The notes below the pieces were generated by a model, which saw nothing but the letters and a program-made list of their open reading frames with translations, had not been told where the DNA came from and searched no databases. Positions 39,799-49,330 of a DNA stretch of 54,707 nt are shown here, in pieces. The translations under genes and the position numbers were made by a program. Origin of the DNA: an uncultured Desulfurellales bacterium. Lineage in GTDB: Bacteria; Campylobacterota_A; Desulfurellia; Desulfurellales; CAZERD01. Location of the stretch: the NCBI GenBank assembly GCA_964515405.1, contig CAZERD010000004.1:1-54707 (forward strand). Direction: 5' to 3'. Position 1 is the stretch's first letter; each line of letters opens with the position of its first letter.

Positions 39799-39822
39799 AA
39801 AAAAGAGGGGGATACCCCCCTC
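39799..39822 (-). terminator. Intrinsic terminator after the CoA-transferase genes
   Basis: Minus strand GAGGGGG-gtat-CCCCCTC-TTTTTT. Confidence 0.8.
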
Positions 39823-39824
39823 AA

Positions 39825-40850
39825 CTACTTAACCTTCACTCTCCAAGGTTTACCATGCTCTTTCTCGTACTCGATCTCTCTGAGGGTCTTCCTCTTCAGA
39901 TAAATCCTTGTAGGATCAACTATCATCCTTAACACCTTAAGCTGCTCAATAGAAGGCGTCGGTGTCGTAGGAATATCATCCGTGGGCTTAAGCACTTTGC
40001 CACTTTTATCCTTAAGCTCCCAACTAACATTCTCTATAACATCCTTAAGCTCTACCCCTGGGTGCACGCTTCTCAGCCTCATGTCGTATATACCCTCGTC
40101 AGGGTAGTTCTCCATAACACATATATCAGACACCATAAGAGCCTTACCACCCCTAACGAGCCCATAATCCCATCTTGTCTCGCCTTCAGGACCCCTGGCT
40201 CCAGCTATGGTAGTCAAATAACAAACATGATAAGGGAACCTCCTTCTTTCCTGCACCATAATAACTATAACATAATCAGACTGGGAAGCTATGGAATTCG
40301 CTCCACCAGAACCTGTAAATCTCGTATTGGGCCCCTTATCCTTCGTGATTATGGAGGGCCAATAACTCCTGGGCGGTTTCCAAATGGCCGTTGAGTTTAT
40401 GTTGCCGTACTCATCAAACTCAGCACCACCGAGAACCCCACCTGTAACATATCCCCTCTGCTCATACGTGCCAAAGGAATCCATCATGGACAGAGCTGAA
40501 GAAGACATATATGTGCCCCTTATATCCGCAACAGATATGGGGATATGCTCGAATTTAGGGTCAAGCATGCCAGCTTCCATAACTATTATAGCATCCGGAT
40601 TGATGGTTTGTTGGGCCTCGTTCATAACAAGTACTGGTAGCCCCGTACCCACAAACATTGAAGCACCCTTAGAAATCATAGTAGAACCAGCTATGGCAAG
40701 GAGTTCTATCGTCGTAAACTCATCTGGGGGGAGATCGTTCTCCTTACAATAAGCCTCATAATCAGAATCGCTTATTCCACATTTAAAATCCTTAACCAGA
40801 GCATTTATCTCTTCCACACTTGGAATCTCTACTGGTATTTTAATAGCCAT
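39825..40850 (-). CDS. CoA-transferase beta subunit (GctB-like)
   Basis: FVGTGLP, IVMEAG (catalytic Glu position), LGGAEFDEYGNINST, TGSGGAN. Confidence 0.88.
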   Translation of the reverse strand: MAIKIPVEIPSVEEINALVKDFKCGISDSDYEAYCKENDLPPDEFTTIELLAIAGSTMISKGASMFVGTGLPVLVMNEAQQTINPDAIIVMEAGMLDPKFEHIPISVADIRGTYMSSSALSMMDSFGTYEQRGYVTGGVLGGAEFDEYGNINSTAIWKPPRSYWPSIITKDKGPNTRFTGSGGANSIASQSDYVIVIMVQERRRFPYHVCYLTTIAGARGPEGETRWDYGLVRGGKALMVSDICVMENYPDEGIYDMRLRSVHPGVELKDVIENVSWELKDKSGKVLKPTDDIPTTPTPSIEQLKVLRMIVDPTRIYLKRKTLREIEYEKEHGKPWRVKVK

Positions 40851-40884
40851 TGTAACCTCCCTAAAAAAGCTTTAAAGCCCGTTA

Positions 40885-42108
40885 TCATATAGGCCTGTAC
40901 TGATCAGGCTTGTACCCATACTTCGTGTCAGCCACCAGCTCATACAACCTTGCAAACCCAGTCTTACCGCTTGGGCACTCATACTTTACATCTATGTTTC
41001 CAAACTTGAAGCGGTCTGTACCCACCTTATTCTGCAAGAAGTCCCACTCATCCTCTCCAACTATCGTATGCCAATAATCAGCCAGTGCCTTTCTGCCATC
41101 TGGAGTAGCAGCCGCACGGTTCGCCTGAATGTAGAATTTCCACCACATCCAGTCATAGTCATACAGATAAGTTGAACCTGTGGGGTAGCATGCCCACGGC
41201 GCCTCAACAATGGCATCCACGTGTATAAATGGAATCTGGTTTTGAGACGGCCTGTACCTCAGTTCTTCCTCAGGAACTATCTTCTCAGCACATATTACAA
41301 GGTACTTAGCACTCAAGGATTGCTCAACATCCGGAACAAGCAATCCCTCTATCCTCGCCGTACCCAGCTCACCGCATCTCTGAACCTGTGTAGTTGTTAC
41401 GTAAGGAATAACTGGAGGCATAAGTAGAGCCTTTATCGCTTTGTTCCCTGTATATTTATCAGCCCTCTTCCTAACAGCCTCATAGAAGATGCCGTCCTCT
41501 TCAGCGGCCGTCTTGTTCCAGGTCGTGTCAGGTTCATCACCCGGTGACCATTTATTATTGGGATCGTACTGATGAGGCCTTATACCCCAACCATCAAAAG
41601 GATCATCTATAATTGCATGCCTCTTAGGTGGAATATCCGGATGTATCCACATGCCGTTCTCATCTTTGCCTCTCAAACCTGCCTTTCCAAAGGTATCGTA
41701 TTCTATCAGATCTGTCCCGATGTCGGTAAAACCAGATATAAACTGCATACCGAATCTTCCAGCGGCCGTTCTGAGTGCCCAGGAGTAGTTGGAGTGATCC
41801 ATAACAGCCTCAACCTCTCCTTCCTCAAGCCCTTTCCTTATCTCATAAGAAACAGGCTGGATGGTCTCAAGCCCCAGATAAGTCATCTCAACCCACGCAA
41901 GTTGCCCGGCTCCGGCAAGCATCATAATCGGCGTAGCACCAGCGTTAGTCTGTACGTAGAGGTTCTTAATATTCTGCCTTATGGCTTCTCGGGCTGTTGA
42001 GGCATTCGTCCTCGTATAACCAAAACCACCGACGGTCCACGCTCTATAAGGCTTGACATACTTAGCAACAGCGTCCTTAAGGGACATTATCTTGCTTTCC
42101 CTTGCCAT
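40885..42108 (-). CDS. CoA-transferase alpha subunit (GctA-like)
   Basis: SKIMSLKDAVAKYV..GGF, AEKIVP, VDAIVEAPWACYPT. Confidence 0.88.
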   Translation of the reverse strand: MARESKIMSLKDAVAKYVKPYRAWTVGGFGYTRTNASTAREAIRQNIKNLYVQTNAGATPIMMLAGAGQLAWVEMTYLGLETIQPVSYEIRKGLEEGEVEAVMDHSNYSWALRTAAGRFGMQFISGFTDIGTDLIEYDTFGKAGLRGKDENGMWIHPDIPPKRHAIIDDPFDGWGIRPHQYDPNNKWSPGDEPDTTWNKTAAEEDGIFYEAVRKRADKYTGNKAIKALLMPPVIPYVTTTQVQRCGELGTARIEGLLVPDVEQSLSAKYLVICAEKIVPEEELRYRPSQNQIPFIHVDAIVEAPWACYPTGSTYLYDYDWMWWKFYIQANRAAATPDGRKALADYWHTIVGEDEWDFLQNKVGTDRFKFGNIDVKYECPSGKTGFARLYELVADTKYGYKPDQYRPI

Positions 42109-42487
42109 AATATCCTCCTAAACTCTCATAAAATTTTTCTAATTTCTTCAGCTCATCCTCATCCTCTTCCATGTTACCGTTCATATCCGCACACCTTATG
42201 GGCACCCCCAGAACATCCGCAAGCTTACCCAAGAACTCTTTCACGTTCTCATACTTCATGCCTGTTATATAAACATCAATAGTATAGTCCCTGTTGAAAT
42301 ACACAACAGGATACATCTCATCAAAATCCAATGCTTCTTCGTTACTCGAAAACGGAATCACTCTAAAGCCATTGGGGGTGTTAGTAACCTTGCCCAGACT
42401 TTGTACTTTCTCCCTTATCTCTGTATAGCTTATGAGCTTTCCTCCACCTACTATAAGGCCGGGCAAAACGGTGAAATCTCCACTCAC
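42077..42487 (-). CDS. Hypothetical protein
   Basis: GTG coupled to the upstream TAG; overlaps the CoA-transferase alpha start; co-oriented. Confidence 0.7.
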   Translation of the reverse strand: MSGDFTVLPGLIVGGGKLISYTEIREKVQSLGKVTNTPNGFRVIPFSSNEEALDFDEMYPVVYFNRDYTIDVYITGMKYENVKEFLGKLADVLGVPIRCADMNGNMEEDEDELKKLEKFYESLGGYYGKGKQDNVP

Positions 42488-42867
42488 TACTCAAGCTCCT
42501 TTCTACGGGCCCAAAGCAATCTCAGTGCAGATTCCACTTTCTCCTCTGCGAAGCTTACCATCTCCCGAGCATTCTTCAGGTAATCTAAGTTCTTCCTGAG
42601 TTCTGCCTCTACGACATCAGCAGCCTCATTCGTTTTCATCTCTTCAATGATCTCAGTTATCCTAGATATTACAGCAGGGATCTTCTTAAACTGCCACATC
42701 CACGTATCAAAATAGTAATTAGAAATTGATAGATCCCACAACTCCGAAGTGAGGCTCTGCCATACGCGAAGGCTCTCCTTAACTTCAGAAACCTTCTGTT
42801 GCTGCTTCCTCAGGTCTGGAGCCTCACGTGCGTTACCATATTTGAAACTCCTGGGATAAACAATCAT
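42487..42867 (-). CDS. Hypothetical helical protein
   Basis: AGGGGG RBS; amphipathic helical pattern; first gene after an AT-rich intergenic region. Confidence 0.75.
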   Translation of the reverse strand: MIVYPRSFKYGNAREAPDLRKQQQKVSEVKESLRVWQSLTSELWDLSISNYYFDTWMWQFKKIPAVISRITEIIEEMKTNEAADVVEAELRKNLDYLKNAREMVSFAEEKVESALRLLWARRKELE

Positions 42868-43002
42868 CCTGCACCCCCTTTCTAAATGTCCATTATATTA
42901 GACTTCTAATTTAGAATATACATATCCTTACAAAAGTCAAGTATTTTTTAGTCACCAAACCCAGAGCAGTAAATTTTATTTAATTTCTTAACCACAAAAA
43001 AC

Positions 43003-43338
43003 CTACACTATCTTCATGCCTACCTTAGCATAATAAACATTCACACCCTTCTCAGCAAAGTACATGAGAATAACATCCACCTCAGGAGAGGAATTACCCA
43101 AACGCATAGAATCAGCAACTATCAAACTATCACCCTTCTTCATTTCATTAAGAACCTTTTTACCCAGCAACCTGTCTTTCCAGCTAACGTAATCTTTGCT
43201 ATCCTCAATCACATACTCAACCTCACCCAGACCATTGGCCCGGGCAAACCTGTCTATAACAGCCTTTTGTAACAATTGCTCGGTCTTTGAGTCCGCCTGA
43301 ATGTAACCCACAGTCTTACCCACCTTTACACCCCTCAT
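43003..43338 (-). CDS. Stand-alone resolvase N-terminal domain protein with degenerate active site
   Basis: VGY..., WKDR, KKGDSLIV..SMRLGNS follows the serine-recombinase pattern, but RVS is replaced by QAD and there is no HTH. Confidence 0.75.
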   Translation of the reverse strand: MRGVKVGKTVGYIQADSKTEQLLQKAVIDRFARANGLGEVEYVIEDSKDYVSWKDRLLGKKVLNEMKKGDSLIVADSMRLGNSSPEVDVILMYFAEKGVNVYYAKVGMKIV

Positions 43339-43523
43339 ATTAACTGGACTATATCCTTTTCAGTATTTATTATAATCTCAACAGAGCCAGGGCTCTTTCT
43401 ATACTTCAGAACTACCTTCCTCCTTGCTTCTTCTTTATTCATAGCCCTAACAACATTGGTTGTTACCACCTTCCTTCCGTCCTCATATACAATCATCGCA
43501 AGAACCTTGAACGTTCTCAACAT
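43335..43523 (-). CDS. Small hypothetical protein (62 aa)
   Basis: AGGGG RBS; ATGA overlap with the downstream gene. Confidence 0.65.
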   Translation of the reverse strand: MLRTFKVLAMIVYEDGRKVVTTNVVRAMNKEEARRKVVLKYRKSPGSVEIIINTEKDIVQLI

Positions 43524-43554
43524 GGAGTCCCCTATGAAGCGAAGTTCTTAGTTT

Positions 43555-43582
43555 ATTGTATGGAATTTTTGATATATTTCAA
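43555..43582 (-). promoter_or_regulatory. Putative promoter for the two-gene unit
   Basis: Minus strand TTGAAA-N16-TACAAT. Confidence 0.45.
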
Positions 43583-43586
43583 GGGA

Positions 43587-44459
43587 TTAACTGTGAGAAA
43601 ACTCTTGGATATAGCCATTAAGACGGGTCTCATAAAAGAGCTCTCGAATACTTTCCCATTCCTCTAAAGTTAACCTACGGTTTATATCAGGATACTCAAA
43701 TGCTCTATGAGCAGGAAAATACTGGGACATCAGTGATACATACGCGTCCGGCACATGCTCATGGAGCCACCTTACTACCTCAATGGAATTATCAACATGA
43801 CCCGGAATAACCAAGTGCCTAACCATCAGGCCTCTCTTTATTAACCCCTCTTCAATAACAGGTTGCCCTTTTGTTTGCCACATCCTCATAATGGCTCTCG
43901 TAGCAACCTCAGGATAATCCTTTACCCCAGATAGCCTCAAGGAAAGAGCACTACTGAGATATTTAAGATCAGCAAGGTATACATCCACACACTCACTCAA
44001 AGCCTCTATAACATCATCTCTATCATAGGAACTGGTATTGTACACAACCGGTATGCTTAGTCCTTTAGATCGTGCTTCATTAACAGCCTCACATATCAAA
44101 TGAACAAAATGAGAGGGCGTAACAAGATTTATATTATGGGCACCTCTATTCTGTAGTTCAATCATAATATTAGAAAGCTCGTCAACACTCAAACTTCGGA
44201 AAGCACTCTTTAGCTGACTTATGGGATAATTCTGACAATATACACACCTCATATTGCACCCCGCAAAGAAAACCGTACCACTACCACTCCTCCCACTGAC
44301 TGGCGGTTCCTCACCATAATGAAGATTATAACTTGATACATCTATCACATTGGAGCATCCACAGAACCCCACCTCCTTGCTCCTATCCGCTCCACATTTT
44401 CTAGGGCACAGCTCGCACCTATTAGAAGCAAGCTCCCTTAAAAACCCAACACTACTCAT
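43587..44459 (-). CDS. Radical SAM protein (PflX-like)
   Basis: CELCPRKC, HYGEEPP, CNMRCVYCQN, NINLVTP, RHLVIP. Confidence 0.9.
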   Translation of the reverse strand: MSSVGFLRELASNRCELCPRKCGADRSKEVGFCGCSNVIDVSSYNLHYGEEPPVSGRSGSGTVFFAGCNMRCVYCQNYPISQLKSAFRSLSVDELSNIMIELQNRGAHNINLVTPSHFVHLICEAVNEARSKGLSIPVVYNTSSYDRDDVIEALSECVDVYLADLKYLSSALSLRLSGVKDYPEVATRAIMRMWQTKGQPVIEEGLIKRGLMVRHLVIPGHVDNSIEVVRWLHEHVPDAYVSLMSQYFPAHRAFEYPDINRRLTLEEWESIRELFYETRLNGYIQEFSHS

Positions 44460-44926
44460 CTATCAAATGTACCGCTCTTGCCACCCTCCTTGTGGAGAAG
44501 GTATATACTCCCTATTTCTATCCTTTTATCTATAGCTTTAGCCATATCATATATGGTAACAGCAGCAACCGAGACAGCCACTATGGCCTCCATTTCAACA
44601 CCTGTTCTTGCGAGTGTCTTCACCTCTGAGATTATTTTTATAACTTTTCTCTCATCATCAAATTCAAAACGTATATCAACACTGTCTATCATCAATGGGT
44701 GACACATGGGAACTATATGCGGTGTATTTTTAGCACCCATAATGCCTGCCACTTGGGCCACAGCAAGCACATCCCCCTTCTCAACCTTACCATCCTTCAC
44801 AGCCCTATAAGCTTCATCCGACAGCTTCACTTCACCATAAGCCCTAGCCATCCTCTCCGTAAAGCTCTTACGACTCACATCAACCATACGAGCCCTTTTC
44901 TGCTCATTGAAATGAGTAAACTCCAC
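44456..44926 (-). CDS. moaC: Cyclic pyranopterin monophosphate synthase
   Basis: MVDVS.K, KGDVL, PMCHP, TGVEMEA, YDMAKA, GGKSG. Confidence 0.97.
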   Translation of the reverse strand: MEFTHFNEQKRARMVDVSRKSFTERMARAYGEVKLSDEAYRAVKDGKVEKGDVLAVAQVAGIMGAKNTPHIVPMCHPLMIDSVDIRFEFDDERKVIKIISEVKTLARTGVEMEAIVAVSVAAVTIYDMAKAIDKRIEIGSIYLLHKEGGKSGTFDR

Positions 44927-44927
44927 A

Positions 44928-45893
44928 TCACCCCCCTATTTCACTCATACACTCATGGATTGACTCATTTAGCATGGAATGAGCCTTTGGTTTCAGCTCA
45001 ACGGCATATTTTATCAGATGCTCTACTTCCGCACGGTCACCCTTCCTCAGTGCCTCCTTCACATCTACAGTCAGACTATGACCCAAGCAGGGGATAATCT
45101 TACCATCACTGGACAACCTTATTCTGTTACAAAAAGAGCAAAACGACTTGGAAAGAGGAGTAATGAAACCAACATACCCCTCACCCACTTTATAATAAAC
45201 AGAGGGTCCATTTGTTTTATGACTAGATATCTCAAGCCTGAATCTACTCTCCACTATACGCTTCACTTCTTCAAATGGCACGTAATATTTCCTCCAGTCC
45301 TCACCCAAACCAGTAGGCATAAACTCAATGAACCTAACGTCATATCCACGGGAAGTACCAAAATCAATTATATCAACTACCTCAGCATCATTTACCGACT
45401 TCATCAAAACAACATTAATCTTGGTATTCTCAAATCCCACTCTATCAAGTGCATCAAATCCTCTAAGTACATCCACAAGATGTCCCCTCCTGGTTATCAT
45501 CCTAAACCTATCTGGATCAAGCGTATCAAGACTGACCGTAACTCTGCTGAGTCCAGCTTCCTTAAGCCTATCAGCATACTGTTCCAGTAAAGAACCATTC
45601 GTCGTAAGCGATATATCCTTTATCCCCCCTATGCTACTAAGCATGGCTATAAGGTTGCACACGCCCTTTCTCACCAATGGCTCTCCCCCTGTAAGCTTAA
45701 CCCTACTGATTCCAAGAGAGGAAGCAATCTCCGCAAAGAAAGCCATCTCTTCATATCTGAGAACCTCTTCCATTGGTTTCCACTTAACACCCTCCTCAGG
45801 CATACAATATATACACCTGAAGTTACACCTATCGGTGATGGAAATCCTCAGATAATTTATCTCCCTACCAAATCTATCAATCAATCTCCCCAT
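44928..45893 (-). CDS. moaA: GTP 3',8-cyclase
   Basis: YLRISITDRCNFRCIYCM, TGGEP, FCSFCNRIRL, C-terminal IGG. Confidence 0.97.
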   Translation of the reverse strand: MGRLIDRFGREINYLRISITDRCNFRCIYCMPEEGVKWKPMEEVLRYEEMAFFAEIASSLGISRVKLTGGEPLVRKGVCNLIAMLSSIGGIKDISLTTNGSLLEQYADRLKEAGLSRVTVSLDTLDPDRFRMITRRGHLVDVLRGFDALDRVGFENTKINVVLMKSVNDAEVVDIIDFGTSRGYDVRFIEFMPTGLGEDWRKYYVPFEEVKRIVESRFRLEISSHKTNGPSVYYKVGEGYVGFITPLSKSFCSFCNRIRLSSDGKIIPCLGHSLTVDVKEALRKGDRAEVEHLIKYAVELKPKAHSMLNESIHECMSEIGG

Positions 45894-46477
45894 ATCCTCA
45901 CCATTTTCCTAAAATGGTTAATATCATGCCTAAGTACATCCGAGACACTAACAAACCCCCTGGCCCCCAATCCTTTTATGGCTGATATATTATCAATGCT
46001 AATACCACCTATAAGATAAACCGGAACAGTGGATCTTTTAACCACTTCAGCAACCTCATCAATAGTTCTTGGAGGCAAGGCATCTACCTTGGTGTTTGTT
46101 TCAAAAAGTGGCCCTACAGCAATGTAATCACATCCGCACAGCCCATCAAGTTCCCCAACCGAATGCACTGTACACCCTATAACAAACCCTTCCGGGACCA
46201 TACCCCTTATGACATGGGGGGGCAAATCATCATGCCCAACATGGACCCCATCAGCCCCGACAGCGAGAGCTATATCAAGCCTATCGTTTACTATATACAC
46301 AGCTCTATCACTCACTATCCTCCTTATAAGCCTAGCCTCCTCGTATCTCTCCCTATCACTACCCGTTTTCCTCCTATATTGAATTACTTTGGCCCCAAAC
46401 TCTACAAGCTTATGTGCAGCCTCAACGCAGCCGAAGCTCTCATCGGCTATACCATAGAAACCTGCCGGCATATCCAT
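45881..46477 (-). CDS. thiE: Thiamine-phosphate synthase
   Basis: QYRRK, VNDR.D.A, GVHVG..D, T.TK, IGGI. Confidence 0.9.
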   Translation of the reverse strand: MDMPAGFYGIADESFGCVEAAHKLVEFGAKVIQYRRKTGSDRERYEEARLIRRIVSDRAVYIVNDRLDIALAVGADGVHVGHDDLPPHVIRGMVPEGFVIGCTVHSVGELDGLCGCDYIAVGPLFETNTKVDALPPRTIDEVAEVVKRSTVPVYLIGGISIDNISAIKGLGARGFVSVSDVLRHDINHFRKMVRIWGD

Positions 46478-46962
46478 TCCGCGGCCTCCAAAAGAGAACC
46501 AAATACCCTGACCCTCCTATTCCATTCACCCCTACCTACAAGAAGGGGTCTAATACCACTATTAATCCCCAGCTCAGCATCAGACCATTTATCACCTATA
46601 ATGTACGAGGATTCCCTGTTAATACAGTACTTACCAACAGCTATATCTATCATGCCCGGTTTGGGCTTACGACAATTACACCCATCCTCCGGTCTATGGG
46701 GACAGTAGAAAAACTCCCTCACAGCACCACCAAGCATGGCGTTCAAAACTATATGCGTCTTTTTGACAAAATCTTCTGAGAAGTAGCCTCTCCCCACTCC
46801 AGATTGATTTGTAACAACAAACAACTCAAACCCACAGTCATGGAGCAAACCCAACGCCTCGGGCACACCTGGAAGAAGGCGAATATCCCCTATCCTCCTC
46901 AAGTAGTTAACATCCTCTATAATTGTCCCGTCCCTGTCAATGAAAACTGCTCTTACTTCCAT
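46447..46962 (-). CDS. gmhB: Heptose-1,7-bisphosphate phosphatase (HAD)
   Basis: FIDRDGT, TNQSG, CPH...C.CRKPKPGM, IGDK..D. Confidence 0.9.
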   Translation of the reverse strand: MEVRAVFIDRDGTIIEDVNYLRRIGDIRLLPGVPEALGLLHDCGFELFVVTNQSGVGRGYFSEDFVKKTHIVLNAMLGGAVREFFYCPHRPEDGCNCRKPKPGMIDIAVGKYCINRESSYIIGDKWSDAELGINSGIRPLLVGRGEWNRRVRVFGSLLEAAEWICRQVSMV

Positions 46963-47771
46963 CTATTATGCATCCATAGGTACTTGTACGGTTCCTTTCT
47001 TATCCAAACCTCAAACCTGGAATAAACACTTTTCATAGTCTCCTCTATATCCCGAGTGTAATCATCTGTCTTATTACAAACAATCATATTCTCTATGACA
47101 AGTTTACACTTAGAACCCTCCTCTTTCAAGTAGGCAGGCAGGATTGGAACTCCAAGTCTCCTTGAGATTATAGCTATGCTGGGATTCACCCTTGCTTTCC
47201 TTCCGAAAAACTCTATTCTTATAGAATCTTCACCAGCCGCCTGATCCACAAGCACACCCAGTGGTTTTCCCTCTTTCAATATCCTAATAAAGTGGAATAC
47301 ACTCTCTCTGGACGACTCAATGACATTGCCGCAAGAAGAACGAACGCTCTCCACAAGCCTATCCAGCCCCTCGTTATCCAGAGGCCTCACCATGATATGA
47401 ACAGGCTCAACAAGCACAGCGAAACCACAAACTAGCATCTCCCAGTTACCAAAATGAGCCGTTGTAAATATAACACCCCTCCCCATGGACATAGCTTTTC
47501 TAAACATATCCAATCCCACTATCTCCACGTTGTTTTCAATGTAGTTCTTATCCCCTAAGTATTTTACATTAAAGGCTACCATATCAGCAAAATACATATA
47601 TGTTTTAAATACCAATGTCTTACAATTTCCACCCAACGCACGCCTCACATTGTCCTCTGCTATCAACCTCCGTGAGGGTACAAACAAATATACTATAAAA
47701 AAAACAAATCTAAAGATAAGCCTGAGAAACCATTCCGGAAGAGCCTTGAGTATTTTATAAAGCCGACACAC
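46953..47771 (-). CDS. Lipid A biosynthesis acyltransferase (LpxL/HtrB family)
   Basis: HFGNWE, LVDQ, FFG, YLWMHNRWK. Confidence 0.9.
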   Translation of the reverse strand: MCRLYKILKALPEWFLRLIFRFVFFIVYLFVPSRRLIAEDNVRRALGGNCKTLVFKTYMYFADMVAFNVKYLGDKNYIENNVEIVGLDMFRKAMSMGRGVIFTTAHFGNWEMLVCGFAVLVEPVHIMVRPLDNEGLDRLVESVRSSCGNVIESSRESVFHFIRILKEGKPLGVLVDQAAGEDSIRIEFFGRKARVNPSIAIISRRLGVPILPAYLKEEGSKCKLVIENMIVCNKTDDYTRDIEETMKSVYSRFEVWIRKEPYKYLWMHNRWK

Positions 47772-48819
47772 TTCTTCTTCTCCTGATGAGCTCCGTATAC
47801 AGGTGTTCCAACTTGAGACTCTTCACTGTAACCGTCAACTCTCTCTCGGCAAAATCAAATGCACTATCAACAACACGTGACAAGTCACCTGAGTTAAGCA
47901 CACTATACATAGCCCTTCCTATATCCCTAACCGTGGGTTTACAAACCAACCCTCTTCCCTTGTCCAAGAGCTCAGGTATACCACCAACAGCGGTCCCTAC
48001 AACGGGCACCCTGGCAAAAAAAGCCTCTATGGCAACGTTGGGGAAACTCTCCTTCAAAGAAGGTACAACAAGACAATCAAAACCACAAATAAGCTCCCGG
48101 GCATCATCCCTAAACCCCATACACAGAACCCTGCCGGCTATACCATCTCTAAAAGCCGCAGACTTAAATTTCTCAACACCTCTCCCCACAAGCACAAGCA
48201 TAACATCCCTGTCTCCCAAACGCTTAAATGCTCCATACACAAGATCATGACCCTTATATCTGGAATAATTCCCCACTACACCAAAGACAAACCTATCCCC
48301 TGAAATGCCAAGCTTATTTCTCGCTTCCTCTCTACCACATACAACAGCCTCAGAGGCACTATATACCACATGCACCTTTGATGGCTTGACAAAATGCCTA
48401 ATGAGAACCGATCTTACAGCTTCAGAATTTGCAACAAAAGCATCTATTCTCGGGTTCCAAAACTTGATCGGGTTATGGGGTGGAAATATAACACTCCTCT
48501 GAACTACCAATACTTCCCTCTTTCTGCCAACGCACGACATAACACCAACTGTATGTCCTCTGGAGTGGTGGGTATGCACTACGTCCACGTTTATCAATCT
48601 CAGAAACTCTCTCACAGTCTTGGCAGACTTTACAACCTTTTCATCATCTATGCCCAACACATAGAAGCCCTTTTCCCTAACGGCCTTCTCCACCGGGGTC
48701 CCCTTAACGCAGGCGATAAATATCTTATGCCCTCTATCCCTCAAGCCAACAGAATTCAATATCATCTGATTGACACCACCCGAAAAACTGGTAGCCGGTT
48801 CAATCTGAAGTATGTTCAT
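47755..48819 (-). CDS. GT4 glycosyltransferase
   Basis: KGH, PSLKESFPNVAIEA, VGGIPE. Confidence 0.92.
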   Translation of the reverse strand: MNILQIEPATSFSGGVNQMILNSVGLRDRGHKIFIACVKGTPVEKAVREKGFYVLGIDDEKVVKSAKTVREFLRLINVDVVHTHHSRGHTVGVMSCVGRKREVLVVQRSVIFPPHNPIKFWNPRIDAFVANSEAVRSVLIRHFVKPSKVHVVYSASEAVVCGREEARNKLGISGDRFVFGVVGNYSRYKGHDLVYGAFKRLGDRDVMLVLVGRGVEKFKSAAFRDGIAGRVLCMGFRDDARELICGFDCLVVPSLKESFPNVAIEAFFARVPVVGTAVGGIPELLDKGRGLVCKPTVRDIGRAMYSVLNSGDLSRVVDSAFDFAERELTVTVKSLKLEHLYTELIRRRRSVSAL

Positions 48820-49330
48820 TCCCTATCCTGTAAGCATGCCAGTGATGCTTTACAAATTGAAAGATACCATCAACATCATCAATAAATCTTGTTGGCACTT
48901 TAAAATATCTCCCAGGCTCATCCGTAACTACAAGAACAATATTGCTCACCCCAGACTCAATCAGATAATCTTCAGATACATTCCTCCTGTGGACCTCAAT
49001 CTTCGGCACGTTCCCCAGCCTGTAACCCTCTATAAACACCAAATCGCAGTCCAAGAACATATCCATCAGCTCCTCCAGTGGAGCCTCGTTCTCCTTATCC
49101 TCAACCATAGCAAGTCTATCGGAAGAAGATATAACGACTCTCTTCGCACCAGCATGCTTCATCCTATATGAATCCTTCCCAGGATAATCTATCTCAAACC
49201 TATGAGCATCATGTTTTATCGCCCCTACCACCAAACCCTCCCCCGTAAACCTGTATATAAGTCTCTCTATTAAGGTGGTTTTACCACTACCAGAATGTCC
49301 CACAAAGCCTAGAAAATACACTTTATTCAT
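48800..49330 (-). CDS. mobB: Molybdopterin-guanine dinucleotide biosynthesis protein B
   Basis: GHSGSGKTT, IKHDAH, GKDS, IEGY, PKIEV. Confidence 0.93.
   Translation of the reverse strand: MNKVYFLGFVGHSGSGKTTLIERLIYRFTGEGLVVGAIKHDAHRFEIDYPGKDSYRMKHAGAKRVVISSSDRLAMVEDKENEAPLEELMDMFLDCDLVFIEGYRLGNVPKIEVHRRNVSEDYLIESGVSNIVLVVTDEPGRYFKVPTRFIDDVDGIFQFVKHHWHAYRIGNEHTSD

Noticed and set aside
43003-43338. Active transposon or invertible element
   Set aside because: The catalytic Ser motif and DNA-binding domain are missing; no transposase or terminal repeats were seen.
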